NCBI GenBank assembly: GCA_001662655.1
Contig: KV460208.1
Source: Pseudogymnoascus verrucosus
Taxonomy: Eukaryota
Strand: one strand, 5' to 3'
DNA length: 64,000 nucleotides
Each line of letters begins with the position of its first letter. The stretch's first letter is position 1. The notes below the pieces were generated by a model, which worked only from the letters and a program-made list of their open reading frames with translations, made no database searches and was not told where the DNA came from. A program made the translations under genes and the position numbers. Positions 11,764 through 24,730 of the stretch are shown in pieces.

Positions 11764-13406
11764 TGAGAGGATTACTGAAAGATTTCGGGTGAGGCAAAGA
11801 TAAGGTAAGGGTAAGGCTCTAGCAGCAGGATTGTCTGGCTCTGCTTGGTTCTCTGGGAATGGAACTATTCGTTAGGGCCGCTCCCGCAATTTTTTTTTGG
11901 TTGGGTGTGGGGTGGTACTGTACAGAAAGGAAGACGGTAGAATCGACGGGTTCAGCGGGAGAGTGCAGAGTCCGTCCAGTGATGCGTCCAGTGAGTGCGT
12001 CCAGTGGAGTTCCAGCGTTGTAGATGGGATGTTGGATGTTGAAATAAGGAGCAAATTGAACCCAGGAGCAACAGAACAACAGCACCAAAAAGACGGTGCA
12101 CTGAACCACAGCAGTACAGTACAGTCGAATGAATTAAAACAGAATATATTCTTGACGTCCTGGGGTATAATTTTCGGGAGAAAAAAGATGGCCTCGTCGA
12201 GCTGTCCAAGCCGTGTCCAAGCGTTGTCCGACTTTCGTCCCTGTGGGGGTTTTGGAGAGAGAGCTTCTTTCACCTTCCAACAGTTACCATTCGAAATACC
12301 ACTGATCACCGGCGGCAATTGCTACAAATATCTCCCGTCTTGGTGTAAAATGGTGGCGAAGATGAGAAAACCCGGATAGTATATGAAGCTTCAATGCAAT
12401 CAAGACCAGCTCCCAGCTTCTGAAGGGCTTACTGCGCGTCCACACGTGGAATGTCGAGCTGGTTTCGTCGTGGGTGGTGATCGACGTGGGGTGTCTCTCT
12501 GTGGCTTCAACGGATACCAGGAGTAACTCAACACAGAAAGGGTAGATGACGACAGCGACGAGGTCAGCAATGGCGGGGGTAGAGATATATACAAGAAAGA
12601 CCAAAGCAATGGGCAATATCTATAATCTACTACTACTACTCTATGACCCCCCGCGACGACGACAACAACAACACCAACAGGCGCGCGCGACCGCCGATAC
12701 ACGCAACCACAGCCCACCATCCATCCACTCGCTCCCACGCCACCACCACAGAGATGCCCTCGTAGTTCTGCACCCCCAATTTTCTCAAAATACGCCCGCG
12801 ACAACGCTATCTATCACAGCCATTCATTCGTGCAGATCCCCTCATCACCAGTTGCCAGATAATTATCCTGTGATCCTATGGTAGCACTATCCCGTGCATA
12901 AGCTGCCCTTTTCCCCGCTTCCTTCCTTGGGGATTGGAGGACTCGTATTGATTGATATTCCAGCTTGGATAACCGGACTCGGACAGGATGATGGGATTTG
13001 CTTATTATTAATCCTTAAATTTCAAATGCAACGTGTGTGGCTTACTGACATTATTGTGCAATGCTTCACTGCATGGCATATTTATTACAGCCACTCCACA
13101 GCCTTACGCCCCTATGCATCCCAATCTTCAGCCTTGCTCCCCCTTGTGCCTACCTATGCCGCCCGACACTCTAAAGAGAGACTACCTTGGCTGAGCAGGC
13201 CAAGTTACTATAATAGCCTGTCCCATCATTTTCACAGCCAAATCGCAAACTCCAGAATCAGTATGAATCTAATTAGCATTTATAGATTATCCAAGTCATA
13301 ACAGTCGTAACCCCTCTACGACGTTTCAAACGCCCCCAAAATGCAACTCCAGCAATGTTGAACGCCCCTTTCAAACACCAAAACCACCCCAAATGCACCC
13401 CCCCTT

Positions 13407-16400
13407 CTACTCGAAATAAACAGGAACACCATACACCACCACCGCCGCAGCAGTAAGGTATTTAAAATGACACGCCTTCTTCCCCTCCGCCACCGCCTTC
13501 ACCAAGCTCACCCTCTCCCTCTCCACCACCACAGGCTCCGCCTTCTTCCTCCCCCTCCCCGGCGTCTTCGGCACCTTCTCCACCACCGCCGCCGGCGCAC
13601 TCCCCTCATGCAATCCCCAGGACTCAAACGTGCTCTTTGCAAACCGATCAATATCCTTATCCGTCACATCCCACAGCGTGCCCACCACCGCCGGCGCACC
13701 AGCAATCATATAGCTCATCGGCGGACCGTAGGGCATGAACTCACCCACATCGACGAGGGTAGCGCTGCTACAGCCCATCAAGAACGTCGTCGCGCACGTC
13801 TCGAGCTTCTTGATCGTCTTGGAGCGGATGTACTGCGCGCCGCTGCCGTGGCCAAAGTATAGGTACAGGTCGTCGTTGGCGAGCATGTTTTTGAGTTCCG
13901 TCTCCGTGGGCTCGCGCTCGACGACGCTGCTCCAGTCGTCGAGTTTTTGAAGACCCTTTTCGAAGGTTGCTTGCGTGGTTTTGAGATCTTGGCCGGGGTT
14001 GAGCACGTAGCTGCCTTTGCTCCTGTTGATGTATGTGCCTTCTGGCTGACCCTCCGCAGCGACTTTCTTTTGCTGGCTTAGGATTCGGTCGCGAAGGCAG
14101 CCCATGGATGGGAGTCTTGATACGGCCTGGCCTTCCATGCATGGAAGAGACTCCCAGGGGAGAGAATGCAGAGACTTGTCGAGGATCAGTACCGTGTGGT
14201 TTTGTTCGGTTGAGACGCCAGCGCTAGCTACGGCTTGATGGTAGCAGCGGAGCGCATCGAGCGTATCGAGAACCATGGAGTCGAAGTCTATTTCGTCGTA
14301 TGCATTGCGCTCGCCGTGAAATTGCAGAATGTCCACGACGAAGTAAAGGAGGTCGGTCAATGGCTCGTCTAGATCACTGTCCTCCGAGAATGGATCCCCG
14401 AGGCCGATGAAGAGCTCAAGAATCCGTGGGTCCAAAGTGACACCAGGGCTTGTCGCCTTCTTTCTCTTATTCGTTCGCTGTCGTGATGGAAGGTACTTGT
14501 CCAGGGTATTTTGGAAGGATTTCTGGAATCGTGCCAGCAAGTCGGGTTGTCTTGTATGCTGAGAGAAAATCCCCTTAAATCCACCCAGCCAAACCTTCTC
14601 AACGTTATCAAGGAGTTCCTTGAGCCTCACGTTTAGCTCATCGCGCTCCGCCCACCACGCAATCTTTCCTTCCCGACTCGAGACATCACGACCTCCGTGA
14701 GCACTGGCATTAGCGAGGTCGATGATTTCATGGAGTTCTGCCTTGCCTTGGTCAAAACCGAAAACTTCCTCATCCGCGTCCCGTGAACTATTACGCTCCA
14801 GAGGTACTCGCAGGATGAAAGGAGAGTGCCCGGCCTCGAACTTAGCTAACACAAGCTCATCCCGACTTTCACTAAGCATGACTGATACCACTTTCCAGGC
14901 GGCTGGGATGATGTCGATATATTCTTTTTGAAATCGAGCTTGCTGCATTGCTAGCCGGCCGCTACTGTCATTCTGGTGGGCGTGGTTTTTGATAACTGGC
15001 CATCGGAGATCGCCCTCTTTGGTTGTTTCCGCGTCCACGTCCGACATAACGGCATCTCGCTCCCGTTGAACCGCAATTGCCTTTGCTAACTCTGTGTATT
15101 GTCAGCTCCATCCCTCAATCTTTAGTACTGTAATAATTACGACTTACCTAATGCCGATGCGACAGCGCCCGGCTGGAAAGCCTTGAGTTTGAGCCCGTGG
15201 TAAGTTGAGAGAAGCAGACTCGTTGTATTCAGGAAAGATGCGATTTGAGTTAGTACCCGGGTCGACGAAATTTGCGACGCGGTAGAATAAGCTTCTACCA
15301 GATGATCATGGGCTTGTTTTAGAGGATCCACCCAAGACATAGCCGACCCGCGGGGCAGCGAAGCATTGCGAGGTGAGTTGTGAGTTTTCTTTGGAGGCGT
15401 GGTGCGGACTGCGGATACCCTCTCCAAAGACGCCGTCTTTGCGCCCACAACGGCCGGAAAGGAGATTGTTGAGTCCTGAAGCACGGAATAAACGGAGTCG
15501 GCTGGCAGCAATGCCGAGCTCTGCCGGAACAAACACTCAGCTTGGGCAACATGTGTCTCAATAGCATCGAGAGAGCTGAGGCTGTATTCCGCAGCTTCCT
15601 CCAAAACCATTGACGAGTCCTCGAAACGGTTCCACCGGGCAAATGACCTGGCCTTTTGACGCAAAATAGCTCCCTTGAGAGACACCAAGCCGACACACTG
15701 CTCTGCAATAGAGATTGGCGAAGTTGCTGGTTGTTTTGAGACGGCTTCCCTTTTCCTCGCTGGCGCCTTTGCAACAGTTTTGCGTTGTGGTCTCCCCCTT
15801 TTCTTGGTATCATCAATTGCCAATCTCGATATCTCAGCCTGTAATATAACTGTAACATCAAAGACTCGGTCCAGGTCGCTGATGTAGGTTGAATTGGTCA
15901 GCGAATTGAGTGTACGTTCCGCCTCACCATAGGCAGCCAGTTCAGCAGTCTTGTCGCCATGTGCGCTGTGGAGGCTTCCGAGGTTGCCACTTAGAACCAC
16001 CAAAGTCTGTGCCTCCTTTTGTACCGAAGCCAGGTCCTTAGCTTTCGTAAGAAACTCAGTCGCCTTTTCAGTATTCCCTGCTTTCAACCAAGCGCCGCCT
16101 ATCAATGCCAGAGCCTCCACTATGTAGTTCGTCGAATCAATGCTTACTGCAATTTTGTGGGCTTGCTCGGCGTAATAAATGGTGTCCTGAAACATGCCGT
16201 GGTGGGTATACACCTGTGATAAATGTACGAAGCATCGAAACATTGGTCGCGCCAGCATCCATGCCGAAGGCCCAATATCAGTGTTTTGTACTTGAGGTGA
16301 TCCAGGAGAGGTTGTCGATAAGTTCAGATTGGAGCTTTCTTCCACCAGCTTTTCCATCGCAGCATCATCAGACGATTGGTTCTTCTTGACTCGCGACAGC

Positions 16401-19400
16401 TGGTTCCTCTCTGCTCTCTTCCACGCCCTGGCTATTATTCTTAACCTTCGCTTCGCATGGATTAAAGCCTCTTGTGGTTTGCCTTGCTGGAGAGCAAGAT
16501 CTGAATAAACGATGGAAGCATCCGCTATAATGCGGTCATTCCCATCCCTGTCCGAATAACTTATTGCATTGCTACCATTCGTAGTCTCGTTTTCGTGCTC
16601 CGCAGCTTGATGGGCGCGAGATAGTGTTTCGTCACATTTTTCGAGGTTTCCCACCCTGAGCAAGTAATCGGCGTAACCAACCAGGCGCCGTATCGATGCA
16701 CTCGGGGTTACTCCATGAGAAGAGGCAAAGCACTGAGCCTTGTCTAACGCAAGTCCGGCCTTCCCAGAGTATCCAAGTTCCAAATATTGGCTAGCCAAAA
16801 AACAGTAATCAAGAACGACATCATCCGGGTTTGATCCGCGCGGTATTTCGTCGATGTTGGTAATCATTCGAAGAACAGCCACCCTCGTTTTCCCGTATCC
16901 CTTCATATCTAAGAAATCGGCAACAGATTGTAAATGACCCTGCAGGATGTCCACATTATCAATGTTCTGGGATAATGCTTCTTGGTCTTTGCATTTGTCG
17001 ATAATACTGGACCAGGTTGCCAGATGTGGCTCGATGAGGTCTATTCTTGGATGATCATCCATGAGCTCCAACGTGCTTGTCAATAAAGACCGAATATGCA
17101 TCGTATATTGGTTGAGGCCGGAATCACTGCTGCTAGCAACAACTGAATCAACGCTTGCCAAAGTTGTCGTACTGCGCGCTTCCTCGATAATATCACGGCG
17201 CTGGTCGGGATTCGTTTGCGCAAAATTGCACAGAACCCGGAGTCGTCTGATAGGAAACGTTCTGGCATCATATATGGTGGTGAGCTCCTTGTACACGGCT
17301 TTCTGGAGTTCGGGTGAGGCTTCGGGTTGTCGAGACAGAATATCTTGGATGTGTTCAAAAACCACCCCTTTTTCCTCTGAGGTCCAAGGCTCGTCGTTAG
17401 GCGAGAGGTCTTGAAGCGTGCTAGACGCATTTTTCTTGAGCTTCAGTAAAAGGGTAAACGCCCGGGCAAGCAGCAAGGTATTTTCAGTTTGGTCCCATGC
17501 AGCCCGTATGGGAACGGTTGAGGCAGCGGATGCTACAAGAGCCAAAGCACCGTCGGCGATGATTTCGTCTCGAAGAAGCAGAATAATGTCTCTGGCTTCA
17601 TCTAAACGTCCAGCGAATCGAAGTAAGTCCCCCATACGTTCAAGTTTTGCGGTAAATGCGGCTGATTTTCTCTCCGCTACGGGCCTCGAGCGGATCGAAT
17701 CAATAGATCGACGTAGGGGCCGCAAATGCTGGACATCTTTAGGGCTGGAGGCATCTCGGCGCATATCAAGATGCTGCGAATAATATAAATTCGAAATCCG
17801 GCCGAAGTATGAAGTACGAGCTGAATCCGAATCGTTATTGTTGTCTGGCATGGAGATATCGGCGGCCTCTAGTAGTGCTATGCAGTCCTGAAGAAGAGAG
17901 TCCATAATCTCCCAAGTTAATCGGCCTTGGGTTCGAAGAACTTTGGCCAGATATAGCGCAGAATCCACAGTGCTAGGGACGCTTCTAGCAAGGTGGTGGC
18001 GTCGCTGTTCGAAACGTACTATGACTTTTGTTGATGCTTCATTGCCTGGCGCTTTGCCCAGATATCTGAGTGAAAACCGGGGGCATTGGAGAACTAGGGA
18101 CTCGCATAATTGTCGTGCACCTTCATTTATTGGTGCAGGCGCATCATCACTTGCTCCCGGTTTTTTTGACACCAGCATTATTGCAGCTCTTCTTGCTCTG
18201 GAAACCTCGGTCAGTAATTCGTCGAGTTCTGCACCATCTCCCTTTATAGACGACTCTAGGCCCTGAACTACTGTCATAAGCAGCTCTTCTATGATAGGGT
18301 CGTGCGAATCGGTCCGTAGCTTCAAAGCTACCAGTTTCGCCGCGATAGCGCACTTTTGAGCTTCGGATGAATTCTCGCAGCCTTGAAGCTTTTCAACCCA
18401 TCCTATGGCTTCACCGTCGCATCCGGAATCTTGTGCCAGCGAGGCTAGAAGCTTATGGATCACATATAGCGACGAGCCAGTTGCAACCTTCAGGCCTTTC
18501 TTTTGGGCAGACGTAAAATCCACAAGAGCATTGTATGATTGCAGGGCACATTCGTATGCAGACGCTGCTAGGCCTCGGCTTCGTCGGGTAAAGGCTGCCA
18601 TGCATCGAGAATATGGCTCGAAAATGTCATTGTCCATATCACCCTTATGGCCGGCGATTGCCCACCATGTGTATCGGGTGGAAAATGCAATTGTTTGGAG
18701 TTGAAGTGCTGCATCTGGGCCGACGTGCAATTTTGGTGAAACGGCGGCCGTATCTTCAGAGGATGAGATTGACGGGCTTAGAGAAAGTATAATCTGGGCC
18801 AATGACTCCAGCTGCCGTGCCGATTTTGTCGCAAGAGAAGATGAAATCTTGGAAGTTTGAACCAGAAGTTGAGTCGGCGAGCAGTGATATTCAGGTTGTA
18901 GCTTGGGTATGGAAGCTATAATTGCTGACGGTTTCTTTGATGTCGTAAGTAGTTTGAGCGCTTGAAGCTGGGTTGTAAAGGCGATGCTTAACAAAGGTCC
19001 TTCGGTAGGCACTATTTCGAATTCGAGTAGCTCGTCAAATCTAAGCGGTGACAAGCTTGGAACCGGAGGAGATATATCTTTGGCTGTCTCTTTCTTCGCG
19101 CGGGGCTTCTCGGATGACTTGAATGCAGTATCCAACCGCCTTTTCAAGATCCGTAGCTCCTTCAACGCAAGGTCGTCCAATCCCAGCAATATTAATTTTC
19201 CCACCAACGCAGACATCCCATTTTCTATTTGCATAGGAGGCAAGTCGATAGTTGGTGTTTTCGAAGATTGTAGCATCCGCAGGCATGCGAATGCAATGCG
19301 CGAGCATTCGGCGACGGCTCTCGGACCAGAACCATTCGATGATGTAGATGTCGAGGATGAGGATGGAGAGCGCATCAGGCGGTTTGCGACATTCGGAGAA

Positions 19401-19879
19401 CTGGCAACTCTATTCAATGACCGCGGGTGGAGCGGTGATTGAGGAAGAGAGTTGGACCTTCGTAGAGCTTTGCGAACAGGCGTCTCGAGGTCTCCACGCG
19501 ATTGTGGCTGCTTTCGTACTTGGTTTGAGGGCGTTGCAGCAGCGCTGAGTGTCTTGAGAGTTATATTAATAACTCCGGTGGCTAGGATTGCCTTTTCTTT
19601 TGCAGATAATTCGTCTGCTTCATGGCTATCGGTCTTTTGGGTTGCTGCTAATGTTTTCTTGGTTGCCGGTCTTGTCGTCCTCCCTGGCTTTACCTGAGCA
19701 GTCTGGGTAGCCGCCCTTTTTCGCCCGACTCCTGCAGCAGGAATTGCATCTTTTTGGCCATTTGACGCGGTTTTCGGAGCCAAAAGGTCGCTGAGGGTAG
19801 ATACCGTCGCCGGGGTGCTTGTTGATGTCGAGCTAAGTGCGCTTTTGACCAATTCGAGTTTGTCGTGTAAGGAGGTCAT
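13407..19879 (-). CDS. ESP1: Separase (peptidase C50; Esp1/BimB/Cut1 orthologue), 2 exons
   Basis: About 2100 aa. C-terminal catalytic motifs LYFGHGSG (His), LMGCSS (Cys), PWESLPC and GTLWDVTDKDID. Intron 15147-15092 with GTAAGT donor and GCTGAC branch point. Confidence 0.95.
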
Positions 19880-20236
19880 TCTGGAAGCTGAAAAGGTGCA
19901 TCTAGTATTATCCAAGTCTAATCATTACAAAAACCTCCATGAGGGTATGTAACCACAGCAAGCCGCAAAATTCAACATGATATATTGATCAATTCGATGT
20001 GGATCGGAGAGTCGGTCATGGAGTCGTGACTTTGACGAGCTGCAGGGTCGTTACCACAGCAACGTTGGCGGTGGGGTTGGCAGAATATCATGTATTTGAA
20101 AGGAACGGAGGAAAATCTGAGTCGTACCCTTATGGAAATACCAAACTGAACAGGGACAGCATCCATACCCGAGCTTACCGTTCCTATGTCCACCCAACTT
20201 ATTTCGTATTTACGATAAGATAATATTTAGATCATT

Positions 20237-20851
20237 ATGATCGAAAAAACTGTGGTTCGAAGACTATTTCTCGCTGGTCGAGCTCCTCTTCAAAGCACTG
20301 TTTTCGCAACTGCTGCACGTTATGGCCGACCGCAACCATTGCAACGATATTATTCATCGTTGCCAAGTGTTACCCAGGTCTCTTTCTGGGAGTCTATGAT
20401 CCCAAAGCCTCTGCGCCGAAGCAACAGGCTCAAAACCAAGAAGCCGAAGTCGGCCGAGTGGAACCCAGCGACATTCTTCATTGCCATTCTATTGCTCATC
20501 GGGTCTATGTCCATTCAAATGATAGCACTACGAAATGAGTTCGCAACGTTTATAAGACGAGCCGACGCCAAAATCGACTTACTTCGGGAAGTTATTGAGA
20601 AGGTTCAAAGCGGCGAAGAGGTTGATGTGGAAGGGCTTCTTGGCGCTGGAAATCTCGAGAAGGAACAAGAATGGGAAGAAGTCTTGAAAGAGATCGAGAA
20701 GGAAGATGAACAGTGGACGGAAGCACGCAGAACGAAGCCAAGACGACGTTCACCACAGGCAGTCGAGAGTGCCAAAATAGAGACCGCCGGCGCTTCCGAT
20801 GACACTCCGAGGCCAAAGCAAACATCCAATGCACCGCGTGGATTCTACTGA
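20237..20851 (+). CDS. Conserved fungal single-TM protein, likely mitochondrial (DUF5321-like)
   Basis: Arg/Ser-rich presequence-like N-terminus, SFWESMIPKPLR, WNPATFFIAILLLIGSMSIQMIALR, and LLREVIEKVQSGEEVDVE...EQEWEEV motifs. Single exon. Confidence 0.75.
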   Translation: MIEKTVVRRLFLAGRAPLQSTVFATAARYGRPQPLQRYYSSLPSVTQVSFWESMIPKPLRRSNRLKTKKPKSAEWNPATFFIAILLLIGSMSIQMIALRNEFATFIRRADAKIDLLREVIEKVQSGEEVDVEGLLGAGNLEKEQEWEEVLKEIEKEDEQWTEARRTKPRRRSPQAVESAKIETAGASDDTPRPKQTSNAPRGFY

Positions 20852-20963
20852 GGAATCTTGAGGCCAGGGCTCATCATCCGGTTCAATCTACTACGACCTA
20901 CACAACACAACTAAGTTGAAGGCAAATATCCAAGGTAAGAACTTTCATATTATTTCCCAATTC

Positions 20964-21056
20964 TTGAGATGACGAAAAATTCCGGATGTAAACCATTACT
21001 ATACTCCGAGAGCGCAAAACCCATGTGGAGATTTCCGTTGCCTTCCTTCTGATCAA
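20964..21056 (+). ncRNA. Box C/D snoRNA, snR52-like (predicted guide for 18S Am420, yeast numbering), copy 1, intron-encoded
   Basis: Terminal stem TTGA/TCAA, box C ATGACGA (20969-20975), box D CTGA (21049-21052). The guide GTTGCCTTCCTT pairs with 18S AAGGAAGGCAGC. It lies in a GTAAGA (20935)...TGCTAAC...CAG (21124) intron. Confidence 0.85.
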
Positions 21057-21214
21057 ACCTACCAACGTCTTATGTGTTACGGTACTTCTGATGGGAAAGA
21101 TGCATTGCTAACAACATATAACAGAGACCACGTTTCCACTACCTCAACACGGCCAATTGAAACCAATTGAAAGCAAATATCTATGGTAAGAATTTTCATA
21201 TTATCCCCTATTAC

Positions 21215-21306
21215 TTGAGATGACGAAAAATTCCGGATGTAAACCATTACTATCTCCGAGAGCGCAAAACCCATGTGGAGATTTCCGTTGCCTTCCTTCT
21301 GATCAA
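21215..21306 (+). ncRNA. Box C/D snoRNA, snR52-like, copy 2, intron-encoded
   Basis: Nearly identical to copy 1 (one 1-nt indel). Box C 21220-21226, box D 21299-21302. It lies in a GTAAGA (21186)...TACTGAC...CAG (21374) intron. Confidence 0.85.
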
Positions 21307-21431
21307 ACCTACCTATGTCTTATGTGTTATAAGCCTTTTATTGTGAAAGATTTGTTACTGACAAGACATAACAGGGAACATTGTCTCTACCGACGGTAGC
21401 ATGTGTAAATATATGCTACATGTTGATATTA

Positions 21432-22655
21432 CTATGAAAGCATGTCCTTGAAGGGACTGTTATTTCTTGTCAAAACTTTCGCCGCAGCCTGGGATGGCCT
21501 ATCCGATGTGCCCGCTCCAAGTACATGGAGGTGATCAACAAGGCTCGGAAGTAGCTTGTCCGAAGACATTTCAGCTCTTACGCCCAACTCTCCCCTCTGG
21601 CCTGCATCTAAATTCTCAAAGAAGAGCTCTTCTCCCCGTACGCCACCAAGGTTGATGATTGCAATGGGCATGCCTTGGTCTTTAGCCCGCCTGGCTAACC
21701 GCCAAGCTGAATATGTCGCCAGAGACGTCCCAATAACTAGAAGTCGTCCCGCAGAGTCAATTGCATGCTCTGCAGCCTCTTTCACAGGGGATGCTATGCT
21801 CTCGCCGAACATTACAACAGCTGGCTTTAATATGCCAGCGGTACTAGAAGGCTCGAAGGCGCCATCCTTGTCCACCTTGACGGTGGATTTAGTGCCCGCT
21901 GGAGTAATTGGCGGGGTAGCTAGGCATGTCGGACATGCTGGGTATCTAAAAGTAGTATATGGTGCCCCTGGGAGATCCACATCTCCATCCGGGTTTAGCT
22001 TCATGCCTTTAGCCCGGCGACTCTCTGGGTCTTCGGAATCGAGCGCCCCAGATGCGAGAGCTTCTTCAAGCAGCTCTGCCCATGCTGGATTGAGACGCGC
22101 CAGTTCTTTCTGGAATATATCGCGAGGTAGCTCGTTGTGGCAAGATATACATCTTAGGGACCTTAGATAGCCATGGAGCTCCAGAGCTGGGAGCTCCGGA
22201 TGAGCAAGTAGATGAAATGAATCAACGTTCTGAGTCACCACGCTCTTGATAAATCCCATATGTCCTAAATCCCTAATTGCGCGATGCGTTGCATTTGGTT
22301 CCGCTCTGTCCAAGTTTGGCCAACCTAGAAAGCTACGTGCCCAGTATCTCTTCCGTGCTTCGTGATTTTGCACAAATTCATGGTAGTAAATCGGCCTATA
22401 CGTCTTGTTCACCCTATATGTGCCATTGGTTCCCCTGTAATCCGCCAGACCTGACGCAACAGATATTCCCGCGCCAGTCAATATAACAGTCGAATTGGGG
22501 CTTGTCGATCTTTCGTCTAGAGTGGGTGCTGGGGACGCATTCAAAAAGTTTGACAGTGCTGCAACAGCTCCAACTGCGGTATTGGCGTTGCGGGGTAGGA
22601 TCCTGGGAGGAGGGAGGGGTCCCGTGTAGGGTATCCTCATAAGTGGCTTGCGCAT
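21432..22655 (-). CDS. NAD-dependent sirtuin, class II (SIRT4-like)
   Basis: GAGISVASGLADYRG, RKRYWARSFLGW, TQNVDSFH, ELHG, Zn-binding CISC...CPTC, PDGDV, KPAVVMFGE and GTSL motifs. Single exon. Confidence 0.92.
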   Translation of the reverse strand: MRKPLMRIPYTGPLPPPRILPRNANTAVGAVAALSNFLNASPAPTLDERSTSPNSTVILTGAGISVASGLADYRGTNGTYRVNKTYRPIYYHEFVQNHEARKRYWARSFLGWPNLDRAEPNATHRAIRDLGHMGFIKSVVTQNVDSFHLLAHPELPALELHGYLRSLRCISCHNELPRDIFQKELARLNPAWAELLEEALASGALDSEDPESRRAKGMKLNPDGDVDLPGAPYTTFRYPACPTCLATPPITPAGTKSTVKVDKDGAFEPSSTAGILKPAVVMFGESIASPVKEAAEHAIDSAGRLLVIGTSLATYSAWRLARRAKDQGMPIAIINLGGVRGEELFFENLDAGQRGELGVRAEMSSDKLLPSLVDHLHVLGAGTSDRPSQAAAKVLTRNNSPFKDMLS

Positions 22656-23249
22656 CTGATGACCATCAATGCCACTTTACACTGGCAGCCACAGCGTTTC
22701 AGTAGACGTGGCCGGTATGTTATGCGGTTGGGATGATCCGTAAAGCTTCAAATCCATGTTGAAGCTTGGTAGTTTACGGTCCGCGTCATTCCGAGCCACC
22801 AATGACCCAGTAAATACTCGCGTCGGCCAAAATGCCGAGGAAGGACCGTGCATGATGGCCAGAACAGTATACAAGCCCTGTTGTTCCTGGGCTTGTTCAT
22901 AGGAACAATTAATAAAAAATATAGTCTCAGTAACTCAGAGGCTATTAGAGCTTTGCAGCAAGGCGGTTATCTAAAAATTAATCCAAAGGGAAAATCTCCA
23001 TGATCTTCAATTACACTTTTTCAATTCCCTTTAGACTTTTTGCCGCGCCGATTAGCATCAAAACAGTCAGCCTCATTATTAGTGGGGCCTTTGCACCAAA
23101 AACCAGGAAACCTTACGACAGTCGGGATACTGAAATAGTATTCCTAGAATAATCAACTCCGAACTGGCCGCGCAATGTCGTTGCGTAGTCTTTTCATATG
23201 CGCCGTTACAGATATATTCCTCCGCGTTGATAGCCTGAAGGCTTGAGGA

Positions 23250-24730
23250 ATGTCGTTGCTACGCTGTGGCCAGTTTCGAGTACTGCACTGCCCACTCGGC
23301 ACTCCAGCCTTAGCACGGCTGAACGCAACCCCTGGCGCTTTCCAGTCGAGGACAGATCCGCGACTTTCATACAGGCAAAGTTGGTCGCGTGTGATCAGAA
23401 CAGCAACTGCCACCCCTCTACATAAACACAATCCTTTACTATCATCGACACACATTCGCTCACCAAACTCTCATTCGATAATTGATAACAGACCGACATA
23501 CCAAGCCGTAATGGCGACAGAACAAACACAGAAGCGCGGGCACGTGGGCCACCACCACCATCATCACGACAATACCTACCTCGTCTCGTCGAATAAGAAC
23601 GATGCTGGAGTACGGATCACAAGGATTGGATTATGGTCGAACTTGGGCATGGCCATTGGCAAGGGCATCGGTGGATACCTCTTCAATTCGCAAGCAATGG
23701 TTGCAGATGCATGGCATTCTGTGACAGATCTGGGCAGTGATATTCTCACTTTGGCAACCGTATCATGGAGTCTGAAGCCACCGACCACACTGTTCCCAAC
23801 TGGATTTGGCAAAGTTGAGAGCTTGGGAAGCTTGGGTGTTAGTGGAATGCTACTCGGTGGCGGCTTGTTCATGTGCTATAGCAGCTCACTGATCCTGTAC
23901 GCCCATTTTATGTCTGATCCACATGCGGCAGCGGAGCTACTCGCCCATGCGCATTCACACGGACATAGCCATGGTGGCCATGGCCATGGCCATGATGCTA
24001 TTACACCCAGTTTGCACGCGGCGTGGCTGGCTGCTGGAACCATTGCGATCAAGGAGTGGTTGTATCAAGCTAGTGAGTTATCATTAAACTTCCAATTTCT
24101 ACTCCAGCACACATAGCTAACCTTCACCTCCTAGCCATGAAAGTAGCACGCGAACGCAAATCCTCCGTCCTGGCTTCGAATGCTGTCCACCACCGCGTGG
24201 ACTCTCTTACTGGTATCGTCACACTCTTCGCCATCCTCGGCGCCAACTTCCTCAACAACGCGGCCTGGTTAGATCCCGTCGGTGGCCTTCTCATCTCGTT
24301 CCTCATCATCCATGCCGGCTTTGGGAACTTTGTTTCTGCACTATACGAACTCGCCGATAAGGGTATTGATGAGGAAATCCAGGCATCAGTAAGGAAAGCT
24401 GCACTCAAGAGTATTGCCGCATTTCCAGACGGACTCGAGATTGAGCTCCGTGATGTTCAGGGTGTCAAGTCCGGCCAGAACTTCCTCGTAGACCTAGAGC
24501 TCGCAGTGCCAAACGACTGGACAGTGCAGCAAACAAGGACAATTGAAGACGCAATCCGCACGACGGTGGGCTCCAAGGTCCGTGGCGTCCGAAGATTGAA
24601 GATGCGCTTCATTTCAAATGAAGCCGATAAGACAACCCTGTTCGATGAATTCATCCCGGGAGATGTCAGCCCAAGAGAGTCGCCGGAGCCAGAAAACCAT
24701 AACCACGATGACGACAAGAAGTCGCAGTAG
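23250..24730 (+). CDS. Mitochondrial cation diffusion facilitator metal transporter (MMT1/MMT2-like), 2 exons
   Basis: Presequence-like N-terminus, His-rich stretches, SQAMVADAWHSVTD, FPTGFGKVESLG, IKEWLY, SNAVHHRVDSLT and WLDPVGG motifs. Intron ~24073-24135. Start codon uncertain. Confidence 0.9.

Noticed and set aside
11819..13301. Several 85-160 aa ORFs between DNAJC7 and separase
   Set aside because: No motifs, overlapping on both strands and low-complexity tracts. This fits 5' UTR/promoter and terminator sequence.
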